In this document: piece by piece, positions 1-11,611 of the stretch
How the letters are laid out: every line of letters starts with the position of its first letter
How positions within the stretch are numbered: the first letter of the stretch is position 1
NCBI GenBank assembly: GCA_048013815.1
Contig: CM106586.1
Coordinates: 20,770,001 to 20,834,000, forward strand
Direction of reading: 5' to 3'
Source: Setoptus koraiensis
Lineage: Eukaryota; Animalia; Arthropoda
Length of the DNA: 64,000 bases
Notes under the pieces: generated by a model
The model's input: only the letters and a program-made list of their open reading frames with translations
The model's database searches: none
Told to the model about the DNA's origin: nothing
Position numbers and translations under genes: made by a program

Positions 1-67
1 CAATGGCTCCACTGGCAGGCCATGATTCAATTTGGACAACGATCGCCCGCCAAGATAACATTTGATG

Positions 68-188
68 AGGATGTTCAGTGGATATTCGCTGGCTGTTCAG
101 TGGATATTCGCTTGCTGTTCGCCGGCTATTCGCTGGCTGTTCGGTGGATATTCGGTGGCTATTCGGTGGCTATTCGGTGGATATCTGG
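68..188. repeat. 11-bp minisatellite, about 11 degenerate units (consensus TGG[A/C]T[A/G]TTCG[C/G])
   Basis: Read directly: tggatattcgc tggctgttcag tggatattcgc ttgctgttcgc cggctattcgc tggctgttcgg tggatattcgg tggctattcgg tggctattcgg tggatatctgg. Confidence 0.85.
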
Positions 189-917
189 TCGACGCGGCCA
201 AGTGAGGGCCACCTACCGCCAGAGCCTGAGTGGGGTCAGAGCTGGGTCTAGGCACGGGCCAAAGTGTGGGCCAAGACGCGTAAAAGCACACGCAAAGGCA
301 CGAACAAACGCGCTAGCCACGCTGCGGGCCAAAGTGTTGGCCTCGAGGGGCCCCAATGGCAGCGATTTTTATCTGTGTGCTTGGCCTAGTTATGATGATG
401 ATAGTTATGCCGAGACAAGCCTATTTAGCATGTTGGATCGGCCCGGCCTGGTCCGGCCCGAATTGTTACGCAACAAACAAGCATCGATGCCCGAACTGTG
501 CAGGGCACCAACAGTGATTAAGTGTAACGGCTTGTAACAATTTCAAGTTGGGCCCTTTCTCCAAAAAACACATGCCTTGTCCATATTGGCTCAAAAGTGA
601 CTCAAAAGCGCTTCTTGGCGCACTCTTTCCAATTGAGAACACACCAAAGCTTGCCGGATGCTCTCATGTTTCGCATGTTTCACTGCTGGTACTACCCAAT
701 CGGTAGCACTAAGCTAGTGGTCCTAAGGAGCAAAAGTGCAAGTTGCGCTGAAATCAATTCCGTGGACTTTATTATTTATTTATTACCAGATATCGCTTTG
801 CCGAGCCCATGCAATATCCAGTTTTAGTTAGCAACTGTGTGCTAACTGCCTGCGAGTGTGCCCAATCAACTGATTGCTTTCGTCCGACATCACATGAAAT
901 CGGATTATACTTATCAC

Positions 918-978
918 ATCGCTTCGCTTCGCATCGCATCAAATCGCATCGCTTCGCATCGCATCAAATCGCATCGCA
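918..978. repeat. (A/T)TCGC pentamer microsatellite with interspersed ATCAA units
   Basis: atcgc ttcgc ttcgc atcgc atcaa atcgc atcgc ttcgc atcgc atcaa atcgc atcgc. Confidence 0.8.
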
Positions 979-2576
979 TGATGCAGTGTGATGAAACAGA
1001 TGAAATAGACTCACTACTCGTGAGTCACTAGTGACCAGGGATAAAAATAATAATTACAATCACGGCAACAAAACAGCGGATAACAGCAACGGAGGCGGCT
1101 CACAATGAGACGCAATTCTCTCACAGTAGACACAATGGGACTCTCGCAGTAGAGTCTATACTGACAATAGTGTGGGCATTGTGCACTCACAAATTTGACT
1201 CATCGCTCGGCTCGGGCCCCACTGCCAGTCCCGACGTGAAGGCGCCCTCTCGTGGGCGCGGCAAGATCGCTATTTCGTCGGTATGTGGCGTAACAAGTCT
1301 ACTGGCAGCACTGCACTGGTGCCAGTTCTCGGACAATGTGGGCCCATGTGGTGTCAGCCTGGCATCGCAAATATCGGGCAAGTTGTCAACAAATGGCCAC
1401 AACATGGCCACATTTCGCTCTGGCTCGCCACGCTGATGATATTCGTGCGTGAATATCGGCACACAATCGATGAATGTGGGGGGCCAAGCGCACTTTTGCG
1501 CTTGGCCAATGTTTGTTAGTGCATTCATATTGCTGTTAGCGGTGCTGCTGAGTGTCGTAACGATCGGTGGGCCTAATTGCACCTAATAGATAGATGCTAA
1601 TGGTGGGCCAGTTTGACAGTGTGCCCAAATGCGAGTGTTGCCCAAAATAAATCTCACGCACGCAGTGTGGCCGGCCCGGCCGGCCAACAGTGACGGCTTC
1701 GATGGGCTTTTATTCATCTGCTAATGATTATTATGGTTTATTCGGTTGGTCATTGACTTGCAGCGACTCTCACTCACGCCAGCCAGCGTTCGAGCTGCCG
1801 GCTTTCGAGCTGGCAATGTCCGCCACAATATAGATGGGGCAAGTGGGCGGCCCGCCGCCACATACTGATTTTATGGCGGCGCACAGCGAAGTAATGGCCC
1901 GTAGCGGACGCTCACTACGTCTGTAACAGTTATTGTGGCAAATGCCCGCGACAACAACGACAGCGGCAACAACGGCGACAACAACAACAACGGCGACATC
2001 AACAACGGCAACAACAACAACGGCAACAACAACAATGGCATACGACGATAATAATGATGATGATAATAATGAAGCTCGCGACTGATAGTGATCAACAACA
2101 TGTGCAGCCACTGACCAGCGCTGACCCAAATTTAAACTCGGGCCGGCCCGCCTCGGCCAGCATAATGGTGGTCATATTTGTTTGTGTGCCTGTCACTGGC
2201 ACGCTCAAACCACGGCCAGAGCGCTGTCGGTGTTGGACGCATTTGTGCACTTTCGCCACTCTGCCGGCTCACATTCGCTGCAGCCTCTCGCGGCGCTTGT
2301 AACGGGACGACCGTTCACCTGATCTCTATGATGTTGCCATGCTCTCTCACTGTCTATAGCTGGCATCTTTCAACGTTTTGGCCGTATCGTAAAATGATGC
2401 CGGGCTCGTGAACTGGAGCGACCGATGACCGGTGCTGATAGCCGCGCACTCCGTGCACCGCAATGTAATTTGATTTGTTGGTTGCGCACAGCAAACGCGG
2501 CCCGTCGGGCACTGTTAGGCGCAGGTGTTCCCATCTGTGCCGATTGGCACGCATGTGGGTGCACTCTGGTCACTGT

Positions 2577-2620
2577 TGGCTCAGCGCACTGACCAGGCCA
2601 CTGGTCAGTGCGCTGAGCCA
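2577..2620. repeat. Perfect 20-bp inverted repeat (hairpin) with 4-nt loop
   Basis: TGGCTCAGCGCACTGACCAG-gcca-CTGGTCAGTGCGCTGAGCCA. Confidence 0.9.
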
Positions 2621-3348
2621 GGCTGTGCCAATCAACGACCACTGGACGCAAACATTGGCACGCTAATGTTTGTGCCGCTCGCAAGCCAACGGTTTACTGT
2701 TCGAGTGGCCTGCACACACGCACACACACAACGCACACACACAGCACACAACGCACACACACAGCACACAACGCACAGACACACGGCACATGATGCGCCA
2801 GGGATCGGTGAACCAGAAATGACCAGTGCTGGTCACTGTGCGTGTGTGTGCCTCGGAATGCGTACGTTTTGCAGCAGTTGTGCGCATGCAACAATAATAA
2901 TTCTTTGTTTGCCTGTTGCTTGCAATTCCGTCGAATTCACTTTCCGTCGGAGAATCCCTGTCATTATTTTATTATTATCACTTGCCTGCATCACAGTGCA
3001 CGCGCCGTTGCCAGTGTACAAACTGGGTTTTGCAGACAACATCATATTAGCATAATATATCCATTATTACATTGTATTACATTGATATATTACATTGTAT
3101 CGCTCCGTTTTAATCGGCCACAATTGTTGTTGTAATCATTGTTTTGCACCAATTAACGCGTTGTCCTGGCACTAATTACAAACGCTCAACGATCCACCAA
3201 CTAGCACAAGCAACACACCTAGCCCGAGCACAATATTGTTAACTGTATCCGACAAATGACCACATTCATATATATCATCATCAACTGGACATTGGCACAA
3301 TAAATACTATAATACCCAATCATAAAATCACCTTGTTACACTTAGGCA

Positions 3349-5709
3349 ATGGCGCTCAACCACGACAACGACGACTCCACCTACAAGGAAATCGACGATC
3401 TCGATACCTACGACAACGACCACAATGACCGCAACCATAACCCTGATGCCAGCGACATCGAACTGGAGCACGAGTACGAGGAACACCAAGAGTCTGCATT
3501 GTTTCGCTCAAACGAGATCAGCAGCAACGAGGATGCCTCGTCTACGGCGGTGGCAGCCAACGACGACAGTCTGCCCGAATCTAATATCACCAATCAGTCG
3601 CAAAATTCAAAAGATGACGACATCAACAATGACACTGCCACCCTGTTGCTCGAAAACGTTGTCTCTAGTATTGGTAGCAGCAGCGGAGCCAACAGCAAAG
3701 GAAGCAGTTGTAGGCAGTCCAACACAGCAACAGAGGGAGTACTTAGTAATTTAAATCTCAACGGACTTATTGGATTACAACGCAAAAAGAAAAAGAAACA
3801 ACAACAACATCAACACCTATTTAGTAATGTCACTAATCAAGACAAAAATCGAAAGAGTTCCTCATCGTCCTCTTGCTCCGACAGAGATCACAATAGCTCG
3901 AAGAAGAGCAGCAACAATTACTTGAATACTGGTATCTCTAGCGGTTGCTGTGATGCAGTGGATGCCACACCCAACAACAATCAACAATCACAACCATTAC
4001 CACCAACACCAACCTCTAATGGGGCCAGAACTAATCAAACTGTGTCTGCTGAGAGTATCACCACACAAACTACGACTGCCTACACTGATAATATGAAGCC
4101 ATACGCTGACAAAATTGCCGAAGGCAAGGCCGCTCTAGAAAAGAGAGACTACTCAAATGCCATATTAATATTCACTGATTGTGTTGAGATGAACTCCAAC
4201 GATTACCTTCTATACGGTTATAGATCGAAGGCTTTCTTTAAGCAAGGCCAATATCAACAGTCCCTATGGGATGCCAACAAAGCCAGAGATCTAAATCCAC
4301 AATGGACGGAGGCTTATTATAGGCAAGCGCTGTCTTTGTTTCACTTAAACAAACACGCGGATAGTCTTGCCACTTTCGCTTTTGCTCTGTCACAAGACCC
4401 AGATAACACGCGCATTTTGGGGAGCCTCATTCAAACTGCCAGACAGTCGGACATTGGAACAAACTTTGAGCTTGAATATTTGCAGCTAGAAAGGAGAAAT
4501 CTACAGAAAAATCCTTTCGTTGTTATGTCCGTCATTGGACATGAGCTACTCAGTTGTCATCATTATGGTCAAGCAATTATAATATTGGAGGCCGCTCTCA
4601 AGATTGGCTCCACTTCACAACGAATGAATGGAGCAGTTCGATCGGCCTTAAGCTCAGCTTATTGGTCATTGAAAAAATACGATAAATCTATCGAATATAT
4701 GCAAGAGGACTTGGAGACACAAATACTCATGAGAGATTTCAATGGACAGTGTAGAGTGTTTGGCAATCTTGGTTTTGCCTATTATACTTTGAAGAATTAT
4801 GAAGAAAGTCTCAAGGCTCATAGGAAACAGCTCGAGTTGGCAATGAAAATCACAGGCAATGCCCAGCAGGCGATTATAGCCTTAAATGCACTTGGCCATA
4901 TCCATGTCTCGCTAAATGATCTCAACAGTGCCCTACTTAGCCATACTAGATGCTTACAATTAATTAAGCAACAGCAACATGTTGCTGGCGATAACAACAG
5001 TGCGCTGAGTCGCGAATTGACTTGTGTGGGCCACATATACACCCTGATGGGACAATATGACAAAGCTGAAGAATATCATTCTGAATTGACCAGCGCCAGC
5101 TTGATTAGTCGCCATGAGGAATGTCAAACTAACCTTGTTATGGCCAATTCAAACATGGCGTTCTTGGCTATAAAGAACAAAAAATACGAAGAGGCCAGAA
5201 CCTATCATGAGCAGGTAATCAAGATGGCACAGAGATTGGGAGGCAGACAAGGTAAAATCTATGAAATGAGAGCTTCCGGTGGTTTGGGTCACACGTTCAG
5301 ATTGACAAACAGATTCCTAGAGGCAGAGAAGTGCTTCCAAAGGCAGCTGGACTTGGCGTCAGAAACTGGTGATAGAACAGGTAAAAGTCAGGCCTTGTGC
5401 AATCTTGGCATGATAGCGCAGCAAAACAATGACTTTTCTCGAGCTTCTAAATCGTTCAGTGAAAACTTAGCCTTAGTTGAGGATGATCCCCATCTGAGCG
5501 CCTATGCAAACAGTTATATGGCTAGTGTATATTATTCGAAGAGAGAATATGAAAAAGCTATACAATTTTACAAAAAATCTCACACATTATTCAAGACATT
5601 TGAATGTTGTTCGCAAGAGGCAGCCACTATTAGTGTTAACATATTACAAGCTTATGAATTGGAGGGTAAAATAGATAATGGCAGCTGGCGCCAGACTAAA
5701 CAATATTAA
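3349..5709 (+). CDS. TTC28: TPR-repeat protein, TTC28-like (N-terminal TPR region only), 786 aa, intronless
   Basis: Motifs FVVMSVIGHELL..., ILEAALKIGSTS..GAVRSALSSAYWSL, YMQEDL, CRVFGNLGFAYY, ALNALGHIH resemble the TTC28 TPR array. The first ~240 aa are low-complexity. Confidence 0.8.
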   Translation: MALNHDNDDSTYKEIDDLDTYDNDHNDRNHNPDASDIELEHEYEEHQESALFRSNEISSNEDASSTAVAANDDSLPESNITNQSQNSKDDDINNDTATLLLENVVSSIGSSSGANSKGSSCRQSNTATEGVLSNLNLNGLIGLQRKKKKKQQQHQHLFSNVTNQDKNRKSSSSSSCSDRDHNSSKKSSNNYLNTGISSGCCDAVDATPNNNQQSQPLPPTPTSNGARTNQTVSAESITTQTTTAYTDNMKPYADKIAEGKAALEKRDYSNAILIFTDCVEMNSNDYLLYGYRSKAFFKQGQYQQSLWDANKARDLNPQWTEAYYRQALSLFHLNKHADSLATFAFALSQDPDNTRILGSLIQTARQSDIGTNFELEYLQLERRNLQKNPFVVMSVIGHELLSCHHYGQAIIILEAALKIGSTSQRMNGAVRSALSSAYWSLKKYDKSIEYMQEDLETQILMRDFNGQCRVFGNLGFAYYTLKNYEESLKAHRKQLELAMKITGNAQQAIIALNALGHIHVSLNDLNSALLSHTRCLQLIKQQQHVAGDNNSALSRELTCVGHIYTLMGQYDKAEEYHSELTSASLISRHEECQTNLVMANSNMAFLAIKNKKYEEARTYHEQVIKMAQRLGGRQGKIYEMRASGGLGHTFRLTNRFLEAEKCFQRQLDLASETGDRTGKSQALCNLGMIAQQNNDFSRASKSFSENLALVEDDPHLSAYANSYMASVYYSKREYEKAIQFYKKSHTLFKTFECCSQEAATISVNILQAYELEGKIDNGSWRQTKQY

Positions 5710-5848
5710 TACTTTTATATCATACAACTATTATTAATTTATTTTTTATTAATAAATTGCTCCAAGAAAGGCAAAATAAATTATATATCTCAAGAGAAAA
5801 CATTAATGGTAGACTTGTCGTTCATCGAAAGCTAATTTTATCCTAAGC

Positions 5849-7702
5849 TCATTTATCGAATAGGTCGGAAGTGAGTGCGAAGATACTTTGAATCAGATCT
5901 AGGCGGCATAAGGCCACATTTGAATCTGGTTTCATCATATCAAGATCCGAAGCTTCTCGGTTTGCGGACTTGTTTTGATCACTGACTTCTTTCTGATGCA
6001 TCTTCAAATCGCCTATATTCAAAGAAATGGCGCTCCTTAAAGGATTCAAAAATGTTTGTATGTTACGCTTACTCATGAAATCTTTTTTCTGGTCTGTTAT
6101 GTTAGGTGCTTCGTTGGATAATTTGAGAAATCTCAAGAAATTCAAGGTGGCTAGAATCAATTCATAGCTCTCTAGTACATCTGTCTGGTGAGCTTCAGGT
6201 AAGCAAGCTTGAGCGCATTCGTGTAGGAAGTCGTTTAGGTTGTCGTCAGCTAAAGCCAAAAAACGTTGTTCGATTCTAGATTTTCTTCTCGGAGGCGGAT
6301 ATGTACCAAGACCATTGCCTACATAACCTAAAGAATATAATTCTGATTCATTAGATTGGGTCTCTGTTGTTGCACAACTTTCAGATTTCATTTCCTTCAA
6401 CTCTCTCATGTAATCTTGATGTGCTTCAATGAAATATCTCCTATACAAATCGACGCACGCTCCGCGAATACCTGCACTCATATTTGGTTGCTTCACTATA
6501 GACTTAAGTAGTCTATATCTGCATTCTTGATTTAAACAATCGCATAATTTTGTGAATAGTGTGAAGGAGAATTTTCGCAACGCTGCAGTTGGGCAGAATA
6601 CCATTATCTTGAATAGTTGCTGGTCCAAGAGAGAATCATCTAGGATATCGAGAAAATTTGAATCTAGCGACTCCTTTGGTATGAATCTGAGCAAAGCTTC
6701 CAAAAGGTTTAGTCCTTTCTCGTACACGAAACGTTCCGTTTTATCCAACAGAGCCAATATCAATGGCAAGTGTCTGATGAGTGTATGCTCAGGTGTGTAA
6801 ACCGGCGGGACAAATCTTATATAATTTTGTTGATCTTGATTGTAAACTAAATTGATGCAGTGATGAATGTAGGAAGCGCTGGCTAGCGAAACAAGTATTT
6901 CGTCTTTTGAAAAAATTCCCATCTCCTCGCTTTCTTGAAGGCGTTGAATCCAATCATCTTGTTCTTTTTTGCTGTATATCAGTGAATAGATGTCAGGCCT
7001 GAATCGAACTAGAATCCTCAGACACTTTACGGCAATAGAGCGTAGATCTGACGTATTGTTTATATCCAGGAATACTAAAGGGTAGTTTATGAGACTCAAA
7101 ATAGTCTTGACAGGTCCAAAATGGCATCTTCTTGCGTCCTCAATCTCGATGAAGTCTTCGACAAAGCCTATCAATAGTGGGAGGACCTCTATAAAACGTT
7201 TAGTGGAGGGAAGATCTATATTGTTTATGTGACTTAATAGAACACTGAGAGTCCACAGCAAATTCTCACAGCGCGGGCTGGGATATTTCATACGGAAGAG
7301 TGCACCCTCTAGAGGTCTTATCATAGCTCTGAATACATTATCATCATCATTGGATGGATTGATCTCTGATAATAAACTGATGAGGACCTCCTTGGGGTTG
7401 CAATTTCTATCAATGGATATTCTACAGAGCATCTTTTCGCAACCTTCAAACACTCTGAATCTGAATTGATTTAATCCACGCAATCGTTTGCATATCAATG
7501 GTATTAAATCCCACATGAATTCCGAGTCTTGGCTCAAACGTTGCAAAGTATCTTCATGATAGAAGACGTGTAAGGCCTCCTTGATTTTATATTTGTCCAG
7601 ATAGAATCCTATCTGATTAATAGGACCATCTCCAGGATCGGGAGCTGGCTGTTCGCGGTTCCTGTGTACGATATGTGTATGAATAGGCATTGTAGCTGAC
7701 AT
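5849..7702 (-). CDS. GLMN: Glomulin (YAP-binding/ALF4/glomulin family); start uncertain (ATG 7702, or an upstream exon via the ttacag acceptor near 7711)
   Basis: LFKIMVFCPTAALRKFSFTLF...ECRYRLLKSIV and TDVLESYELILATLNFLRFL resemble glomulin (LFKVMTLCPIETLRKKS..., TDLLQNSDRIMASLNLLRYL). Confidence 0.75.
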   Translation of the reverse strand: MSATMPIHTHIVHRNREQPAPDPGDGPINQIGFYLDKYKIKEALHVFYHEDTLQRLSQDSEFMWDLIPLICKRLRGLNQFRFRVFEGCEKMLCRISIDRNCNPKEVLISLLSEINPSNDDDNVFRAMIRPLEGALFRMKYPSPRCENLLWTLSVLLSHINNIDLPSTKRFIEVLPLLIGFVEDFIEIEDARRCHFGPVKTILSLINYPLVFLDINNTSDLRSIAVKCLRILVRFRPDIYSLIYSKKEQDDWIQRLQESEEMGIFSKDEILVSLASASYIHHCINLVYNQDQQNYIRFVPPVYTPEHTLIRHLPLILALLDKTERFVYEKGLNLLEALLRFIPKESLDSNFLDILDDSLLDQQLFKIMVFCPTAALRKFSFTLFTKLCDCLNQECRYRLLKSIVKQPNMSAGIRGACVDLYRRYFIEAHQDYMRELKEMKSESCATTETQSNESELYSLGYVGNGLGTYPPPRRKSRIEQRFLALADDNLNDFLHECAQACLPEAHQTDVLESYELILATLNFLRFLKLSNEAPNITDQKKDFMSKRNIQTFLNPLRSAISLNIGDLKMHQKEVSDQNKSANREASDLDMMKPDSNVALCRLDLIQSIFALTSDLFDK

Positions 7703-8552
7703 GGCAGGATACTGTAAGTAGAACAAACTATTATACTAGTGGTATACCAGCACTCTAGTCTAACTACTAAAGATAAATTGTAAATTGTCAATGAGATTGA
7801 CTGTAATTATTATCTTTCTTATAGACGGAATAGTAAACTGAGGCCAAGTAAATGTCTGACAATATTGGGATGATAAGTGAGCAATAGTCCGCTTATGCTC
7901 AGAGCTAGAGAGATTTCTTCTTATTCTATACAATGTTTCTGTACAATGTATTATAGTAGAGAAAATAGTGTTTGGTCAAGCGACGGGAATTTCAAATTCA
8001 ATTAGTGAAACGGATCCTTATATCACAAAAAAATATAGATAGGTCCGCATATGATTTGAAACAGGCGCAGATTACTACTGTACTAGAGCATGCGTATCCG
8101 ACTCTGACACTGTATTTCCAGCGTTTTCATTGCAAATTAGTAATGTTGGCTGGGTGAAATTAATTGATCATCATTGCAATTAAAGTGGCAAGCATGACAA
8201 TATGCAAATTTGATGGATAATGAGGGTCAGATGAAAATAATTACGCAGTGTATGGTCCGAGGAATGTTGCATGTTCGTCACAACGTGGTGAGCGAGCAGA
8301 AGATGAGAATTGTGAGAAAAACAACATAAATAACGCACGCATATATGGAGGGAAGTTTGAACATGAAAAATATTAAGTTATGCAGCGCCGATAATACGAA
8401 TCTCAAGATGCTTCTCCCCTCTTGTCTCCGTGGTCTACGAAAACTCTCTAACAAGCGAGATGAAAGTGAATGATACTAAAAGGACACGAGTGGCTTAATA
8501 TTAAAAGAATTTTTTATTAAAAAGGTGAGAGATGTGACACAAGGGTAATATT

Positions 8553-9275
8553 TTAGCCCATTCTTGCCCTCAGCGATTCGGCTATCATTCTGATAAATTT
8601 GACTATTGCGCTTTGTTCTACCACTTGGGCATATTTTGTTCTCATAGACATGGCTTCATCGGTCAGTTGAGCCGGGGACTTCTTTATAGAGGGAACCTTC
8701 TCTTCAACGTAATCGAGTGTCTGGCACGCCAGTTGGTCGGCTTTGCCAACTAAAGTCACAAGTGGCAGAGGGGTAAATTAAAAGAATTGAGAAACGGTTA
8801 GATAAGTGGTTGAATTAGTGAATGATCGCGACAGGCATGCTCTGATGTACTTACGAGGCTCTTGAAATTTCGAGACAATTGGCTGAACTGATCCCCAAAT
8901 ATAGTGTGCCCACTGCTCGGCTCTGGACATTACCTCGCCAACAGTGACGTGAGACTGCTTCAATTTGTCATAGTGACTATGACTAACATGGACAGCCATG
9001 TTGACGATGGGAATTTGATTGACACGATCGACAATAGTGGGCCTTCTCTGCCTTGAGTGAGCGTCGCCAGAGTCTTGATGGTTGGATGATTGTTCTTGTG
9101 TTGCCATCTCGTTAGATGATTGCGATAGTTCCTCTGAGGTGTGCGTTGATTCGAGGTTTGCTGTCTCGTGATGATGGGCTTGCTGATCTGATTCTTCTGG
9201 TTCTAGATATTGTTGTTCTTTAAGTTCTTCCAAGTACCTGGGCTTTTGGTGATATTGATGGTCAAAATTTTCCAT
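8553..9275 (-). CDS. Short perilipin (PAT-domain) protein, 2 exons (9275-8855, 8749-8553), about 206 aa
   Basis: IVDRVNQIPIV...YDKLKQSH, then after a phase-1 GTAAGT...TTAG intron EPLGKADQLACQTLDYVEEKVPSIKK, the PAT-domain signature. Confidence 0.8.
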
Positions 9276-11611
9276 GAATCAAACGATGGGCGTTTACTTC
9301 CAGTCTCGTTCTTATTACGCTACTTCGAAACCTTTCCTAAACTGAGAATTCAGATTAGTCTGTTGTTGATTTTCTCTTTCCTTGTTTCTTCTAATCAACT
9401 GCGCGCTGTAGAATGGCTACGACAAAACTCAGTATGCTGTTTCGTGCACTTCTTCAAGTTTACTACGATGTCAAATAGTGATTATAAACTTTCACCTTTG
9501 GTTGAGTATAAATTTGCTTATTTATCCAACTATAAGAGTGAGTCATTGAGTTGTGTGTGCAGTAAAGATAGTTAGGCAACTAGCTATGGTGGTGTTTTCT
9601 CAACAACAGCAACAACATGTACTGGATGTAGGGAATGCGCTGAGTCAATTTAACATTTAATAATGATCGCCTTTGAAAAGGTTGTTGAGTCTTTTTATAC
9701 AGGCGATGCGGAGTTGCTGAAATAACTTCTCAACTGACTTAAAACCTACTAAATATACAAACACACACACGATCTCGCACACCGACAAACAGACAAACAG
9801 CGTTTAGGAATTATTATACGGCCACTATCACTGCTACCATAGATGTAGTTGAACAACTAGATGTAATTCATCGTCGAAGAAATATCTCGAACTTTAGTGA
9901 ACATGTGATAAACTAATGTTATACCACTGCTAACCAATATGAATATTAGTCCCGGCATGAAACAAGTGCTTTATTGCACTAGGTTTTGGCACTAGTACTA
10001 GTACAGTAGCGCGGCTAGATCCATGTGTGTTACTTATCGAGCTCTATAACCTCTCTCGAGAAGCCAGTTTAGCATGGTTGGAGGAGTGAGCAAACGTGTT
10101 ATCGATGTTGTTGTTGTTGTTGTTTAGAGAGTGTCTTGATGGTGGGGTATAAACTTTCACAAACAGAGTTTGCTGTCAGCTATAAATTGAATTAATGAAG
10201 CTACATTGGTGATGGCGACCAACAACAAACACACTTGTCATGGCCCCTTACATTATCTATCATCTATTAGAGCTATCGATAGTGAAGATACGCCACTAAT
10301 TGTACCTGTTTCTCTAACTCGCTAACATTTTAATGCACACAGAACAACAACAAATCGTCTGTTGTCATTTCTTTTGATAACCAGACACACAGCTAAAGCA
10401 ACGAGTGTCGATGAAAGTTATTTTGGAATATCTCTATTGTCAATGGTATAGTCATTATCATCATGTGACCTCCACCATGAATATAAGACGATGAGGTACT
10501 ATCCTTCTTATGCAATAAGCATCAATCATCTCGTTGATTGCGCCTCATCATTTTCTCTCCATTGCTTTCTCAGGCATGCCTACCCGGCATGAATTGACTT
10601 GTGCGTGGCTTGCTAATTGTAAACTGCCCTCACGTTCGTCAATGTGTGATGAGTGACATTTTGTAAAGTGACATTTTATAGTTACTAATTGATTTCAAGT
10701 TGACCACAGGATTCATATGCTTGCAAAACCAATCGGTATGGAGTAATTACTAAACTACCTGTTGGAATATAATTAAGAATTGTGAGTCGTGCTTCTTGCA
10801 AATAAAAATGCTGTCCCCTCCCGCATCATGAGCCTTGCCACACAATAAACTCGCAAAAAAAGAAAACTAATAATTTGCCCACAATGCCAGACAATGTGGT
10901 GTTTTGTGCACAGACTCATTACGCCGCCGGCCGGCCACACACTCGGTGTAATGCGACTAGCTGATGTAATGCCCAAACGACATCATAAACCGCATTTAGT
11001 ATACCGCCGACACGCCCTCTAATCTCGGTACAGCAGCGCGGATTGATATCATCTAATTAGTAGGCCCGTACGTGGAGCCAGGCCGCAACAAAGAGCAAGG
11101 GGTTACAGCACAACTGTTGCGAATTGGATGACCGATGATCTTAATTGATCATCTTCGCCCCCTGACCAAGTACACTTCTGCCTTGAAAGCCACATTTGCC
11201 CCCACCCTGTTGGTAACGGATCTCATTATCATTTTACAGGCATCACAAATATTTATCGGCATATATTTGATTGCAGAGCTAGGACCTCTTTATTCACGTC
11301 ATATTCGCAAATTCGTTTTGTTAGAATCGGCCCAGTATATATTCATACTGAACGTGAGGCCGTATATCTACCGCTACAACCCCTCCTTCTACCGCACCGG
11401 CCCGCTCGTTCATCGCAACACACTACCGTCGCTGCCCGAGGTATTTGCACTCACAAGCTTGTCAGCTTGTCGGCGAGACACTGATTAGTTTTATTCCCAA
11501 CATCATTGTTATTATTCATCCCATTACATTGTTTATTATTATTGTTACTATCTGTAACTCACATCCGCCACCAATTCATTTATTAATTGTTGAATTATCA
11601 TACCTGTCGTC

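Noticed and set aside
22-537. 171-aa ORF at the window start
   Set aside because: It is largely a translation of the 11-bp minisatellite and GC-rich sequence, with no recognisable domain.
11050-11181. Minus-strand KCTWSGGEDDQLRSSVIQF...LAPRTG resembling a Myb/SANT repeat
   Set aside because: There is an in-frame stop where the second Trp should be, spacing is off, and there is no supporting ORF or splice sites; it is compatible with chance.
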